In this document: piece by piece, positions 49,170-59,704 of the stretch
Numbering within the stretch: position 1 is the first letter of the stretch
Layout of the letters: the number at the start of each line of letters is the position of its first letter
DNA from: Candidatus Abzuiibacterium crystallinum
Lineage (GTDB): Bacteria; Omnitrophota; Omnitrophia; Omnitrophales; Abzuiibacteriaceae
Length of the DNA stretch: 64,000 nucleotides
NCBI GenBank assembly: GCA_002787155.1
Contig: PCVY01000068.1
Span: 2,426-66,425 of the forward strand
Direction of reading: 5' to 3'
Program-made: the position numbers and the translations under genes
Notes under the pieces: generated by a model
What the model was told of the DNA's origin: nothing
The model's database searches: none
The model's input: the letters and a program-made list of their open reading frames with translations, nothing else

Positions 49170-49916
49170 ATGTTTGAAAACCAAAAAGTGGCAGTTGTGA
49201 TGCCTGCTTACAATGCAGAAAAAACGCTACGGCAAACCTATGCCGAGATTCCAATGCCAATTGTCGATGAGGTAATTTTGGTGGATGATCAGAGCAAGGA
49301 CCGAACCGTTGAGGTGGCAAAAAAAATTGGGATTCATCATGTGATCAAACATCAAAAAAATCTTGGGTATGGCGGTAACCAGAAAACATGCTATCGGAAA
49401 GCCTTGGAAATCGGCGCCGATATCATTTTAATGCTTCATCCGGATTATCAATATACACCTAAACTCATCATTCCGATGATTTCACTGATAGCATCGCGTC
49501 AATTCGACGTCGTGCTTGGATCTCGAATTTTGGGCATTGGGGCTCTGAAGGGCGGTATGCCGCTTTACAAATATATCTCAAACCGTGCACTGACTTTTGT
49601 GGAGAATATTTTATTGTCGCACAAATTGTCTGAATACCACACCGGCTATCGGGCTTATTCAAGACAAGTGCTTGAATCTATCCCGTTTGAAAAAAATTCA
49701 GACGACTTTGTTTTTGATAACCAGATTTTGGCTCAAGTGATTTACGCAGGATTTCCAATTGGTGAAATTACTTGTCCAACAAAATATTTTCCTGAGGCGT
49801 CGTCCATCAATTTCCGCAGGAGTGTGGCGTACGGACTGGGCGTGCTAAAGACTGCCGTCGAATATCGGTTGCATCGAATGGGATTAATCCGGTCCTCATT
49901 ATTTAAATCAAAGTAA
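49170..49916 (+). CDS. GT2 DPM1-like polyprenol-phosphate glycosyltransferase
   Basis: MPAYNAE, VDDQS.D, GYGGNQK, HPDYQY, EYHTGYRAY; SD AAGGGAG before ATG 49170. Confidence 0.9.
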   Translation: MFENQKVAVVMPAYNAEKTLRQTYAEIPMPIVDEVILVDDQSKDRTVEVAKKIGIHHVIKHQKNLGYGGNQKTCYRKALEIGADIILMLHPDYQYTPKLIIPMISLIASRQFDVVLGSRILGIGALKGGMPLYKYISNRALTFVENILLSHKLSEYHTGYRAYSRQVLESIPFEKNSDDFVFDNQILAQVIYAGFPIGEITCPTKYFPEASSINFRRSVAYGLGVLKTAVEYRLHRMGLIRSSLFKSK

Positions 49917-49926
49917 CCCATGATCT

Positions 49927-51582
49927 ATGACTCATCCAACAAAAACTAAAACTCAATTATCAGGTTGGTTTTTTATCGTTTGGCTGATAAGCGTCAGCGT
50001 GCTCTATGGCGTGACTTTTTCCAAACTTCCGACCAGTGATGGCTATGCATGGGTCCAGCAAATTAATCAGCATGAGTGGGAAAAAATATTTTTACCTAAC
50101 CATTTGCTTGCCGAATTTCTAATAGTTTTATTGAAGTCATCTTTCGTTTCATTCGGGTTTCTACACATTGACACGCTTCATGTAATTCAAGGATTTAATA
50201 TTCTTTTAAGCGTGATAGCAATTTGTCTTTTTATTCGAATTGGTTCTTACTTAACTAAAGATAAAACCATTTTAATGCTGGGGACCGTTTGGTGGTCAAT
50301 CACTTACAGTTTATGGTACTTTGCCAACGGAGAGATTCATCACCAGGGCCTTGTGCTCATCATGGCTGCTTTTTTGTTGGGTATGCAATACCACGAAAAG
50401 CCAAGCGAAAAACTTATTGGCGGGATAACCTGTACGTGTGTTCTTGCCAATCTTATGCACCAAGAACATATCTTGATGATTGTTCCAGTTTTATATCTTT
50501 TGCTGACAACACCAAAATTGACGGAAAAGGTTAAAGCGCGACATGCCGGCATATACCTCATCGGTGTAATGGTACTCACCGGCTTGGCTTATGGGATTGT
50601 GTATGAGTCGATTTATGCAACGAGAGAATCTAATTTTATTCAATGGGCGTTAACTTTCTTATATAACGGACAGGGCGGCCATCCTATGTTAAGTGCGCAA
50701 AATTGGCCCTGGTTGAGATTGATCAAAGGGACGTTGATGAGCGTTAATTATGGCGCACAAGTTTTGGTCGATGCCATACGTTACCCGTTTATTAGGACAT
50801 TACCGTACGTAGGTTGGTATCTCATGGGGACCATCATCACAATCACGGCATTGTTTTGTTTATCGTTATTGGCCATGATGGGATCGAAAAAACTGCCTCG
50901 CTCTAAGCAGATTCTTTTCGCCGGCACCTTGGTGTGGTTGATGGTTTATAAAATAATCGTTAATTTGCGCCTTGCTCCTGAAGCACCCGAATACCATTTG
51001 GTTTCAACAGCGCCTTGGTTGCTTTTGTTACTTGCCGGGGTTGAAGTCCGCCGATGGCGCCGGTTGGTTCTAACCATGTTCTTTTGCGGGGCTTTATCAA
51101 CTCTCAGTGTTAATTTAAAAGCGTCGATATTACCTTGGAAGACTTATGGGGAACATGTACAGTCTTACCGTGAATTTGCACAATTTTATTTTAGAAAACA
51201 CGATTTCTTTGTTTCTACGGAATCAAGCTTGGACATGATTTTCCGCCCTCGGTGGCGGTATTTTTCGATTAAAGATGAATTCAAAAAACTGCCAAGAGAA
51301 GAAGCGTGGCAAAAATTGTTATACACGATTGAAAAGGAACTAAGCGAAAAACATCGTGTTTTCGTATACAATTTTATCCCGTCACCCTATGCGCTGCGGG
51401 CAATCAATTTCTATAATTCAAGTGAAACGATGGGCCAAGATGATTTCAAGAAAATGTTTGAGCAGCTTCATACTCAATATGATTTAGTAGCAGTTTATGA
51501 GTATCGCGAATCAACCGAAGCAGAACATTACTTTATTGATCAAACAAAAGAAGAAATATGGCAAATCAGAAGAAAGAATTAA
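49927..51582 (+). CDS. Polytopic membrane protein, probable GT-C glycosyltransferase
   Basis: About 10-11 TM segments, SDG..W loop and PNHLL after TM1, HQ motif; follows a DPM1-like GT2. Confidence 0.55.
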   Translation: MTHPTKTKTQLSGWFFIVWLISVSVLYGVTFSKLPTSDGYAWVQQINQHEWEKIFLPNHLLAEFLIVLLKSSFVSFGFLHIDTLHVIQGFNILLSVIAICLFIRIGSYLTKDKTILMLGTVWWSITYSLWYFANGEIHHQGLVLIMAAFLLGMQYHEKPSEKLIGGITCTCVLANLMHQEHILMIVPVLYLLLTTPKLTEKVKARHAGIYLIGVMVLTGLAYGIVYESIYATRESNFIQWALTFLYNGQGGHPMLSAQNWPWLRLIKGTLMSVNYGAQVLVDAIRYPFIRTLPYVGWYLMGTIITITALFCLSLLAMMGSKKLPRSKQILFAGTLVWLMVYKIIVNLRLAPEAPEYHLVSTAPWLLLLLAGVEVRRWRRLVLTMFFCGALSTLSVNLKASILPWKTYGEHVQSYREFAQFYFRKHDFFVSTESSLDMIFRPRWRYFSIKDEFKKLPREEAWQKLLYTIEKELSEKHRVFVYNFIPSPYALRAINFYNSSETMGQDDFKKMFEQLHTQYDLVAVYEYRESTEAEHYFIDQTKEEIWQIRRKN

Positions 51583-52697
51583 TTTTAGGAATTTTTCCTT
51601 CCTTGGGTGGGAGCATCCAATCCCAGCAACGCGATCGCAGGGAGGGATTGTTTCTCAATTATTATCTTCCGAAATATTTGAAGAATTTTGGCCAAGTTTT
51701 CTATTTCTCGTACGCCCATGAACAGCCTAAATTGCCCGAGGGAGTTGTTCTGCTTCCTAATCGCTTAAGGCTTCATCGCTACCTGTATGGACTGCTTATG
51801 CCTCTTTTTTATTTTTACCGCCTAAGAAAATGTCAGGTAATCCGTGTCATGCATTTAAATGGCGCTTTATCGGCGTATATGGCAAAGAAATTATATGGCA
51901 TTCCTTACGTGGTTACTTACGGATATAACTATGTTAATTTTGCAGTCATACAAGGACACCATTTACGCGCATGTTTGCTTAAAAAATTTATTCCTTTTTT
52001 ATTACAACGAGCTGATCGCGTTATTGTCACGACTGAAGAGCTTGCTCAGGAAGTAAAAGGTTGGATCGGCAAAACCAACAAGGTAGATTTGGTGCCTAAT
52101 GGCGTTGACACGACTTTCTTTAAGCCTAAAAAACAAAAAATGGAATCGGCAGATTTTAAACTGTTATTTATTGGTCGTTTAGAAAAGCAAAAGAATTTAT
52201 TCTTTATGCTCAATGTCTTAAAAGAATTAAAAAAGCATTGCCAATATCAAATAACAATGATCGGCAATGGGTCACTTTCTGCAAAATTAGAACAGGAAGT
52301 TCACGGGGAGCGCTTACCGGTTCATTTTATTAGCCGCGTGCCTTACGAATCCATTGGTGAGTATCACCAGGCAGCCGATTGCCTTATCTCCACATCTCAT
52401 GCTGAGGGCCATCCAAAAGCATTAATCGAGGCAATGTCATCGGGATTGGCGTGCGTGGTGTCCAATTGTCCGGGTAATTCGAGCCTCATCAAACATGAGG
52501 TGAATGGGTTGTGCTTGGCAATTGATGATCAAGAAAAATGGGTGAATGCATTATTGGCTTTGAGCCATGATTCTGCACGGCGTCAACAGTTAGGTGAACA
52601 GGCAAGAAAAACCATTTTAGAAAAATACGATATTTCAATGACCCTAAAAAAAGAAGTCGAATGTTTGGAATCGTGCTATGGCGCAGTCACTCATTGA
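51558..52697 (+). CDS. GT4 glycosyltransferase
   Basis: PNGVD, FIGRLEKQKN, SHAEGHPKALIEAM. Confidence 0.9.
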   Translation: MANQKKELILGIFPSLGGSIQSQQRDRREGLFLNYYLPKYLKNFGQVFYFSYAHEQPKLPEGVVLLPNRLRLHRYLYGLLMPLFYFYRLRKCQVIRVMHLNGALSAYMAKKLYGIPYVVTYGYNYVNFAVIQGHHLRACLLKKFIPFLLQRADRVIVTTEELAQEVKGWIGKTNKVDLVPNGVDTTFFKPKKQKMESADFKLLFIGRLEKQKNLFFMLNVLKELKKHCQYQITMIGNGSLSAKLEQEVHGERLPVHFISRVPYESIGEYHQAADCLISTSHAEGHPKALIEAMSSGLACVVSNCPGNSSLIKHEVNGLCLAIDDQEKWVNALLALSHDSARRQQLGEQARKTILEKYDISMTLKKEVECLESCYGAVTH

Positions 52698-54465
52698 AGT
52701 TATCTTAATCATTGCATTAGGAATCGGCGCACAGTGGCTTTCGTGGCGACTCAGACTACCGGCTATCTTGCTTCTAATCATGACGGGTATTGTGGTCGGG
52801 CCAATCATGGGCATTCTTCGCCCTCAATTGCTGTTTGGGCACTTATTTTTTCCAGCGGTTTCGGTGTCGGTTGCTATTATTCTTTACGAAGGAGGCTTGA
52901 GTTTAAAATTTTCTGAACTTAAGAAAATTCAGTCCGTTGTGTGGCGACTCACCACATTCACTGTTTTCTTGACGTGGACGATGATCGCTCTAGCCGCGGT
53001 CTTTTTTCTCGGTTTTTCACTCAATTGGGCTTTATTGCTAGGGGCCATTCTTGTTGTCACGGGTCCAACGGTGATTGGACCTTTGATACGATCGCTTCGC
53101 TTATCGAACAGGATCGGATCGATCCTTAAATGGGAAGCCATGCTCAACGATCCCATCGGTGCTGTTTTGGCCATTTTGGTTTACGAGGCTATTACCATGG
53201 GTGGGTTCCATCAAGCGGCATCACTGACGATTTTAGGCATCATTAAAACGATTTTATTTGGCTCGTTGCTGGGCTCGGTAGGGGCGTGGCTGCTTACGAT
53301 CTCGTTAAAACGTTATTGGATACCCGATTATTTGCAAAGCGCTATTTCGCTTATGCTAGCACTTGTTGTTTTTGGCATTTCAAACATGATTCAGCACGAG
53401 TCGGGGCTGCTGGCAGTGACTTTGATGGGTTTACTCCTTGCCAATCAAAGAACGATTGATGTCGGTCATATCATTTCTTTCAAAGAAAATTTACGGGTTT
53501 TACTGATCTCGAGCTTATTCATTGTTTTAGCTGCTCACTTGGAACTCTCAGTTATTTTTCCGATTGGCTGGCGAGAAGTTCTCTTTATTTTGTTTATCAT
53601 CTTTTTTGTGCGCCCGGTAGCGATTCTATTATCGACCTGGCGAGTTGGTATCTCGGGGCGGGAAAAAACATTTCTTGCGTTTATGGCGCCGCGCGGAATT
53701 GTAGCGGCTGCCGTTAGTTCTGTTTTAGCATTGGAATTAGTCAGCGCAGGTGCGTATGGGGCTGAACGAATTGCGGGACTCACTTTTTTGGTAGTGATTG
53801 TAACCGTTATTTTTTATGGGTTAATAGCACCGTTTTTGGCTCGATATCTTGGGATTGCGAGCCCGAATCCACAAGGCGTCATTATTTTAGGGGCACATAA
53901 GTGGGCTAGAAAAATTGGCGTTGCCATTAAGCAAGAGGGCTTTCCTGTTTTGTTGGTCGATTCTAATCCGGGAAACGTTTTATCAGCACATCAAGATGGT
54001 CTGAATGCTTATTGCGGAGATTTCCTGAGCGATCAAATTATTGACCAGCTCAATTTGGACGGTATCGGACATTTGTTGGCGCTCACCCCTAATGATTCAA
54101 CGAATTCACTGGCTGCACTACATTTTCTTGATTTCTTTGGACGTTCGGAAATATTTCGTTTGCCAGTGATGCAAAAACCAGGGGCCGGCGATCACAATCT
54201 CTCATCAAGAACGTATGGACGTGTTTTGTTTAAATCCGAAGCAACCTACACGAAATTAAATAAATTATTCTTAGAGCAGGGATCCGTGGAAAAAGTGCAG
54301 GTCTTAGATTCATTTAGCCTAGATGACTTTGAAAATACTTATGGAAAGGAGGCGCTGATTCTATTTGTAATTGAAAATAAGACAACTTTAAAAATTGTGA
54401 CCGCAGACCGAGCGCCTCATATTCATTCGAACAGTGAGTTATTAATTTTGCGCTCGAAGAAGTGA
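52678..54465 (+). CDS. CPA1/NhaP-type cation:proton antiporter with C-terminal TrkA-N-like domain
   Basis: ILYEGGL, VTGPTVI, WEAMLNDPIG, APRGIVAA, IILGAH..A. Confidence 0.9.
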   Translation: MAQSLIEVILIIALGIGAQWLSWRLRLPAILLLIMTGIVVGPIMGILRPQLLFGHLFFPAVSVSVAIILYEGGLSLKFSELKKIQSVVWRLTTFTVFLTWTMIALAAVFFLGFSLNWALLLGAILVVTGPTVIGPLIRSLRLSNRIGSILKWEAMLNDPIGAVLAILVYEAITMGGFHQAASLTILGIIKTILFGSLLGSVGAWLLTISLKRYWIPDYLQSAISLMLALVVFGISNMIQHESGLLAVTLMGLLLANQRTIDVGHIISFKENLRVLLISSLFIVLAAHLELSVIFPIGWREVLFILFIIFFVRPVAILLSTWRVGISGREKTFLAFMAPRGIVAAAVSSVLALELVSAGAYGAERIAGLTFLVVIVTVIFYGLIAPFLARYLGIASPNPQGVIILGAHKWARKIGVAIKQEGFPVLLVDSNPGNVLSAHQDGLNAYCGDFLSDQIIDQLNLDGIGHLLALTPNDSTNSLAALHFLDFFGRSEIFRLPVMQKPGAGDHNLSSRTYGRVLFKSEATYTKLNKLFLEQGSVEKVQVLDSFSLDDFENTYGKEALILFVIENKTTLKIVTADRAPHIHSNSELLILRSKK

Positions 54466-54469
54466 CCTT

Positions 54470-54820
54470 ATGTTTTTAGAGGTGCAGGAGAATCCGAATA
54501 GCAAGGCGCATCCGTTGATGGTGTTTGAAGACTTAGATCAGCCAAAGACGGTTTTCTCTATTTTAATTGAACGTGAAGGAAAAGAAGTGTGGGCTGACGT
54601 TGTTGGCGTGCATGAAGAAGGCATTTTTAAACCCGCCAGGGTGCAAAAAGTAGCAGATTCAGGTGCCGGAGCCGCCCTCTTGGTTTATGGAGGTTTGTGG
54701 GGAATTCGATTTCGGTTGAAAAGTGGTTTAAAACCGTGGAACTTAAAAGAGTCAACGCAGTGGGGAATGCCTTATTTTGTTTGCGCAGACGAGGAAGGAA
54801 TATGCTGCGATGAATATTGA
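54470..54820 (+). CDS. Conserved hypothetical protein
   Basis: Fills the operon gap (4 nt after the antiporter, overlaps the next gene); motif-rich DSGAG..LVYGGLWGIRF..W...QWG.PY. Confidence 0.7.
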   Translation: MFLEVQENPNSKAHPLMVFEDLDQPKTVFSILIEREGKEVWADVVGVHEEGIFKPARVQKVADSGAGAALLVYGGLWGIRFRLKSGLKPWNLKESTQWGMPYFVCADEEGICCDEY

Positions 54821-55487
54821 TAGGGCTAAATCAAAATTTGAGCACTACGCAGAGACTCACCCGATGGGCGGACCTGTATCAGACTTTGAACGGGAATTTT
54901 ATCAAAAATATCTCCAAGGCTTAAAGGGCAACATCGTGGATATTGGTTGCGGTGATGGGAAATACATCTCTTACTTTCATCAGATTACCGAAAATGCCGG
55001 CATTTATGCTTGTGACATTAGTCTCAAACGCGTGCAACGCGTTAAAGCGCATGGATATGCCGGTTTTGTCGGATCAGCGGAAACTCTACCCCTCCGAAAC
55101 CAATCGGTCGATTGGGTATTTCTAATGCAGGTCTTGGAGCATGTCTCAAATCCTGAATGTGTGATCGCCGAATGCGAGCGCGTTTTGGCTCCGCAAGGGT
55201 GCTGCTTGATACTGGTCCCCAATTATCCTGCGAAACGTATTTATGACTGGATTAATATGGTGCGGCATCAAAAGTGGCACAAATGGCTTGATGACCCCAC
55301 CCATTGCACCAAACTTAATCATCTTCAGTTGCATCGATTGCTTTCGAATCATTTTTCCCGGGTTGACATTTATCCGACTTTCATTTATGGGGAGGGTCGG
55401 CTACGTTTTATTCAAGAATGGAAAACCCGAAGACGAAGTGTCATGTGGGCGGCCCACAAGTTGCTTGCCGTGTGCCGGAGACAATAA
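54810..55487 (+). CDS. Class I SAM-dependent methyltransferase
   Basis: VDIGCGDG, SAETLP, QVLEHV, VPN, DPTH; start refined to ATG 54810. Confidence 0.88.
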   Translation: MNIDRAKSKFEHYAETHPMGGPVSDFEREFYQKYLQGLKGNIVDIGCGDGKYISYFHQITENAGIYACDISLKRVQRVKAHGYAGFVGSAETLPLRNQSVDWVFLMQVLEHVSNPECVIAECERVLAPQGCCLILVPNYPAKRIYDWINMVRHQKWHKWLDDPTHCTKLNHLQLHRLLSNHFSRVDIYPTFIYGEGRLRFIQEWKTRRRSVMWAAHKLLAVCRRQ

Positions 55488-55694
55488 ATGCACGCTAAAA
55501 AATTTGCAATTGTCATGCGACTGTTCGATCTCACGAATTTAAAGTGAAATATTCAAAGCGAGCTTGGTCAGTTCGCTAAACATTATGCACTTTTTTGTTG
55601 GACTTGTTTTCAGCTGTAGATATATGTTTGATAAATAATTAGAATGTAATAAGATGTATCGCTAAATCAACCAACTTCAAAACGGGGAGATTCG

Positions 55695-55772
55695 GTGAAA
55701 ACCTTAAGAATAGGTATTCTATTTTTACTCTTTGCCCTTAATTGTCAGTCAGCATTCCGACACATTGTATAA
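55695..55772 (+). pseudogene. Short signal-peptide-like ORF, possible remnant of a secreted-protein gene
   Basis: SD GGGGAG, then GTG; MKTLRIGILFLLFALNCQSAFRHIV*. Confidence 0.35.
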
Positions 55773-55946
55773 AGTTAACTCCTAACACTTTAAAGAAATT
55801 TTTGAAACGCATTTTTTACACGTATCAATTCGCCCCACCCACATTCAGACTGAGGACAAATTGAAGTTCATTCGGAATTGGAAGAGTAGACGCAAATCGG
55901 TCTCTTGGTTTTTTCATAAACTTTTTGCGGTTTGCAAAAACATAAA

Positions 55947-57035
55947 ATGAAAAAGAAAGCTTTCTTCGTAAAACCCGTGATACGTGCAGGCGCTTTTTAT
56001 TTCAGAATTTCTCAATATATGGATTATCTCAAATCCAAGGGGTGGGATGTGTGCGTACTTTATCCGGCACCTGACGGATCAACAATGCAGGAAAGGCTTG
56101 GGTTTAAACAGACAATTTCAAAAATCTGGTTTCTTTTCTGTCAATTTCCTAAATTTCTTTGGAACATGGCCACGTCGACGGTTGTCTTTGTTTTTCCTTC
56201 GCCAATGATGGGGGTTTACGTTTTATGGGCGAAACTCTTTCGAAAAAAAATTATCATCGAACATATTGTTTCATATATATCGCACCAAGATATTTTCCCA
56301 AAATTTCCAGTATTAGTTGATCAATTTGTTTATCGTTCTGCCCGCTATATTTTAACGCACACGCAAAGTGTGTCGATGGCACTGGAAAAACGCTATCACA
56401 TACCGCATGAAAAAATACTGGTTTCTTACTGCGCCCTTGACCTTGAGCACTTTTCAGCAAAGTACCATAAAGAAAGTGAGGAGATCAAGAAAAAATTAAA
56501 TATTACGGGTCATTATATTGTATTTTATCACGGCCTTCATCACCCCTGGCATGCACTTGATTTGATCTTGGAAGCGGCGGCATTATTAGAAAATACTCAC
56601 CCTCAGATTACATTCTTAATTCTCCCGGAAAAATTGAATTCCAGTCAAAAGAAAAACGTCCTTCAATTAAGTGAGCATGAACATTATTCATGGCAAACTT
56701 TACCTCATTATATTCAAACCGCTGATCTTTGGGTAAGTGGTTTTCGTGTTCATGAAAGGGGCGAGCGTTCGTTCGGCTCTACATTAATTCAAGCGATGGC
56801 AATGGCGCGTCCAATCATCACATCCCCGGGTGGTGAAAAAAATAAATTTTTAATTCATGAAGAAAATGCATTTTTTGTGCCCCCCAATTCATCTGAAGCT
56901 ATAAAAAATAAAATTATCGAATGCTTTAAAAATCCAAATATGGCAAGGCAGGTGGGAATGAACGCTCGGAAGACTGCGGAGAAACATTTTTCAATTGATC
57001 ATTTAGAAAAAATGCTGAAAGAAGCGATTAGGTGA
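55947..57035 (+). CDS. GT4 glycosyltransferase
   Basis: FYHG..HPWH, QAMAMARPII, VPPN..EA, MG.NARK. Confidence 0.82.
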   Translation: MKKKAFFVKPVIRAGAFYFRISQYMDYLKSKGWDVCVLYPAPDGSTMQERLGFKQTISKIWFLFCQFPKFLWNMATSTVVFVFPSPMMGVYVLWAKLFRKKIIIEHIVSYISHQDIFPKFPVLVDQFVYRSARYILTHTQSVSMALEKRYHIPHEKILVSYCALDLEHFSAKYHKESEEIKKKLNITGHYIVFYHGLHHPWHALDLILEAAALLENTHPQITFLILPEKLNSSQKKNVLQLSEHEHYSWQTLPHYIQTADLWVSGFRVHERGERSFGSTLIQAMAMARPIITSPGGEKNKFLIHEENAFFVPPNSSEAIKNKIIECFKNPNMARQVGMNARKTAEKHFSIDHLEKMLKEAIR

Positions 57036-57105
57036 TGACGTTTGCATTGAATCCATTTTATGGATAGTGCTAAAATGACTCACATAAGTATGAGGAGCAA
57101 ATAAT

Positions 57106-58002
57106 ATGATGTATCATAAAGTTGTAGATTTGATTTTAAGAAAAAAACAAGAAATTCTAATTGGAAAATCTAATGCGTTTTTTAAAAAAGCAAAGCAGGC
57201 AGGTTTTCATCACTTAGAAAAATCAAACAACCCTCGAATATCGATCGAAGAAATTCCTTTTCGTTCAGAAATTGCCAAATTGTTGAGCGTTCAAGAGGAT
57301 TGGCTGATTCAAACCTATTATGAATATTGCTTGGCAAAGGCAAACTTTGAGCCATTATTACCAGCTGTCAGAAGTTCACGCAGGGCAACGGATCACGGCG
57401 GTAAAAGCCTGGATCCGCATGAAGCGTTTGCACTCTGGTGCGTCATCAAGAAATGTAAGGCAAAACGAATATTGGAGCTCGGAACCCGTTTTGGCGTTTC
57501 GGCGCGCTTTTTTAGGGTTGCGCATTTATTTATGTTTGGTTTAGACGATTCAAAAATTTATAGTTGCGATTTGAACCGCGAATATCGATACGTCAATGAT
57601 GATGACTTTGAATTTATTCAGGGTGATGCTAAATTATTATTTCCTGATATTTTAAAGAAAAACAAAATTGATCTTATTTTTAACGATGCTCATCCGTATG
57701 ATTTAACAAAAATAAGCGTTTCAGCTTCGCTTGAGGCGCAATCACCTATCATTACCTTTCACGATGTCGGAAAAAACCATCCGAGGAGTCCTTTTAAGCG
57801 AGAAGCGTACTTTTTGCCTGTAAATGAACGAAACTTGATCAATTTAGCAGAATATGGCCCCTGGGAACGACATGTTATGGCAGAATTTTTTGGGCAGAAC
57901 CTTTTAGATGAGGATTTTTCCGAGACCGATCAGTACAGGGTGCAAATTTTCGACTCTCTTTTTGGTTTAGGTGTCGCGATCAACAAGAAGTATTTGACTT
58001 AA
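57106..58002 (+). CDS. Class I SAM-dependent methyltransferase (Methyltransf_24-like)
   Basis: ILELGTRFGVS, SCD, QGDA, IDLIFNDAH, FHD. Confidence 0.75.
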   Translation: MMYHKVVDLILRKKQEILIGKSNAFFKKAKQAGFHHLEKSNNPRISIEEIPFRSEIAKLLSVQEDWLIQTYYEYCLAKANFEPLLPAVRSSRRATDHGGKSLDPHEAFALWCVIKKCKAKRILELGTRFGVSARFFRVAHLFMFGLDDSKIYSCDLNREYRYVNDDDFEFIQGDAKLLFPDILKKNKIDLIFNDAHPYDLTKISVSASLEAQSPIITFHDVGKNHPRSPFKREAYFLPVNERNLINLAEYGPWERHVMAEFFGQNLLDEDFSETDQYRVQIFDSLFGLGVAINKKYLT

Positions 58003-58075
58003 AATTGCCTAGTTTATGCGCATTTGAACCAGTGAATACCTCACATAGAAATACAAATCTTTCAAGATCACATAC

Positions 58076-59596
58076 ATGCATAGCCGTCAATCCCTAATTA
58101 TTTTCCTTAGCAACTACGCTAAATCTGGAATAGGTTTTATTACGCTATTTTTTGTCACCCGGTTGATGGGCGCTGAAGCGATTGGTGTGGTCAGTTACCA
58201 TCTTGGTTTTTTGGGCCTTTTTTCAATTTGTCTAGATTTAGGTATTTCAACCACACATATTAAGCATGTATCAGAAAACAGAAATCCAGGGGAGTGCGTT
58301 GGTGCTTATTTGGCAATCAAATTTTCTATGCTTGCCATTTTTTCACTTTTAATTTTTCTTTATTTTGCTTTCATAAATCATAATGCTTTTTCTCACACAG
58401 CGCTCATGAAAGATCCTTCTATTCTAATGATGTTGTTTTCCTACTATGTGCTTGATCATCTTACAGCTATTTTGACCACAACATTTATTGGGAGAGGAGA
58501 ATTTGTAAAGTTATCTGCACCAACTCTGATAGGTCGCATTGTGAAATTAATTACAGTCATACTATTAGGTCTGATGGGGTGGAAAGCAAGAGCGCTGGCA
58601 GTAGCTTATTTGGCAGAGTCTTGCATTTCATGCGCGTATGCCATATTTCTTTTCAAAAAAACAAATATTCCCGTGCATAAACCAAGTCGTCCTATACTCT
58701 TCAGTTATTTTTATTATACAATTCCACTTTTAGTCATTATCCCAGTTTCCACTTTTTCATCTAACATCGTTCCGGTGCTGATTGGGCATTTTTCAAATGT
58801 CGAACAAGTCGGCTTTTATTTTGCCATCCAGAGTCTAATCGCCATTCCCAATGCCATCTCCAGCTCGGCAATGACCGTCTTTTTTCCGAAAATTTCCGCT
58901 GACCACACAAAGAAAAATCATCAACAAATGATTACTTCCATCCGAAAAGTAACACGTTATTTATCAATGGGAATCACACCGATTGCTGTCATCTTTATTA
59001 CCTTAAGCGCATCCATACTCAAGGTTGCTTATGCTTTTGATTCTATGTATGCAAACTTAACGTTTCTTTTTCTCTCTATCACGATGGTGATTATTGCAGT
59101 AACCAGGCCTTATATAAATTTTCAGCTTGGAATAGGAAAGCACCATCGAAACGCCATTATTAATGTGATTTCACTACTCATTATTGTTGCAGGTTGTACA
59201 CTTTTCGTCCCGGAACACTTTTTTTCTTTGCGCACACTTGGCCTTGGTGCTGCTGGAGCAGGATTAGCTCAATTATTGGCGTGGGTTGTTTCAAGTTGTT
59301 TATTTTCATATTTTTCTTTCAAGGAACTTAAAGTTTCCTTTAGCGGGATTCTTGTTAAACATTATCTGGCTGGCCTTGGAATGTTTACAGCTATTTACTT
59401 TTGCAAATCATTTTTCGTCTTTGATAATTTCTTATCGAATTTGATACTAATTATTGCATTGAGCACATTAGGTCTCCTAACCTATGGGTTTTTATTAATC
59501 ATTTTGGGAGAATTAAATCGGGAAGACTACAACTATTTGCAAACACTCTTAAATCCATCCAAATTAAAAAGTGACATTATAAAAGAATTGAAATAA
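58076..59596 (+). CDS. wzx: Oligosaccharide flippase (MOP/Wzx)
   Basis: About 14 TM segments; TRLMGAEAIG, DLGIS, VGFY, FFPKIS. Confidence 0.85.
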   Translation: MHSRQSLIIFLSNYAKSGIGFITLFFVTRLMGAEAIGVVSYHLGFLGLFSICLDLGISTTHIKHVSENRNPGECVGAYLAIKFSMLAIFSLLIFLYFAFINHNAFSHTALMKDPSILMMLFSYYVLDHLTAILTTTFIGRGEFVKLSAPTLIGRIVKLITVILLGLMGWKARALAVAYLAESCISCAYAIFLFKKTNIPVHKPSRPILFSYFYYTIPLLVIIPVSTFSSNIVPVLIGHFSNVEQVGFYFAIQSLIAIPNAISSSAMTVFFPKISADHTKKNHQQMITSIRKVTRYLSMGITPIAVIFITLSASILKVAYAFDSMYANLTFLFLSITMVIIAVTRPYINFQLGIGKHHRNAIINVISLLIIVAGCTLFVPEHFFSLRTLGLGAAGAGLAQLLAWVVSSCLFSYFSFKELKVSFSGILVKHYLAGLGMFTAIYFCKSFFVFDNFLSNLILIIALSTLGLLTYGFLLIILGELNREDYNYLQTLLNPSKLKSDIIKELK

Positions 59597-59704
59597 TTAC
59601 TTTGATCAAAGAATAAAATGCAATACTCAAACCGCACGCGGTTTTAGGAGACTGGCGGTTAGTGCTTGCGTGTGCTAATCTGTTTTTGATACAGGATTAA
59701 TCAT

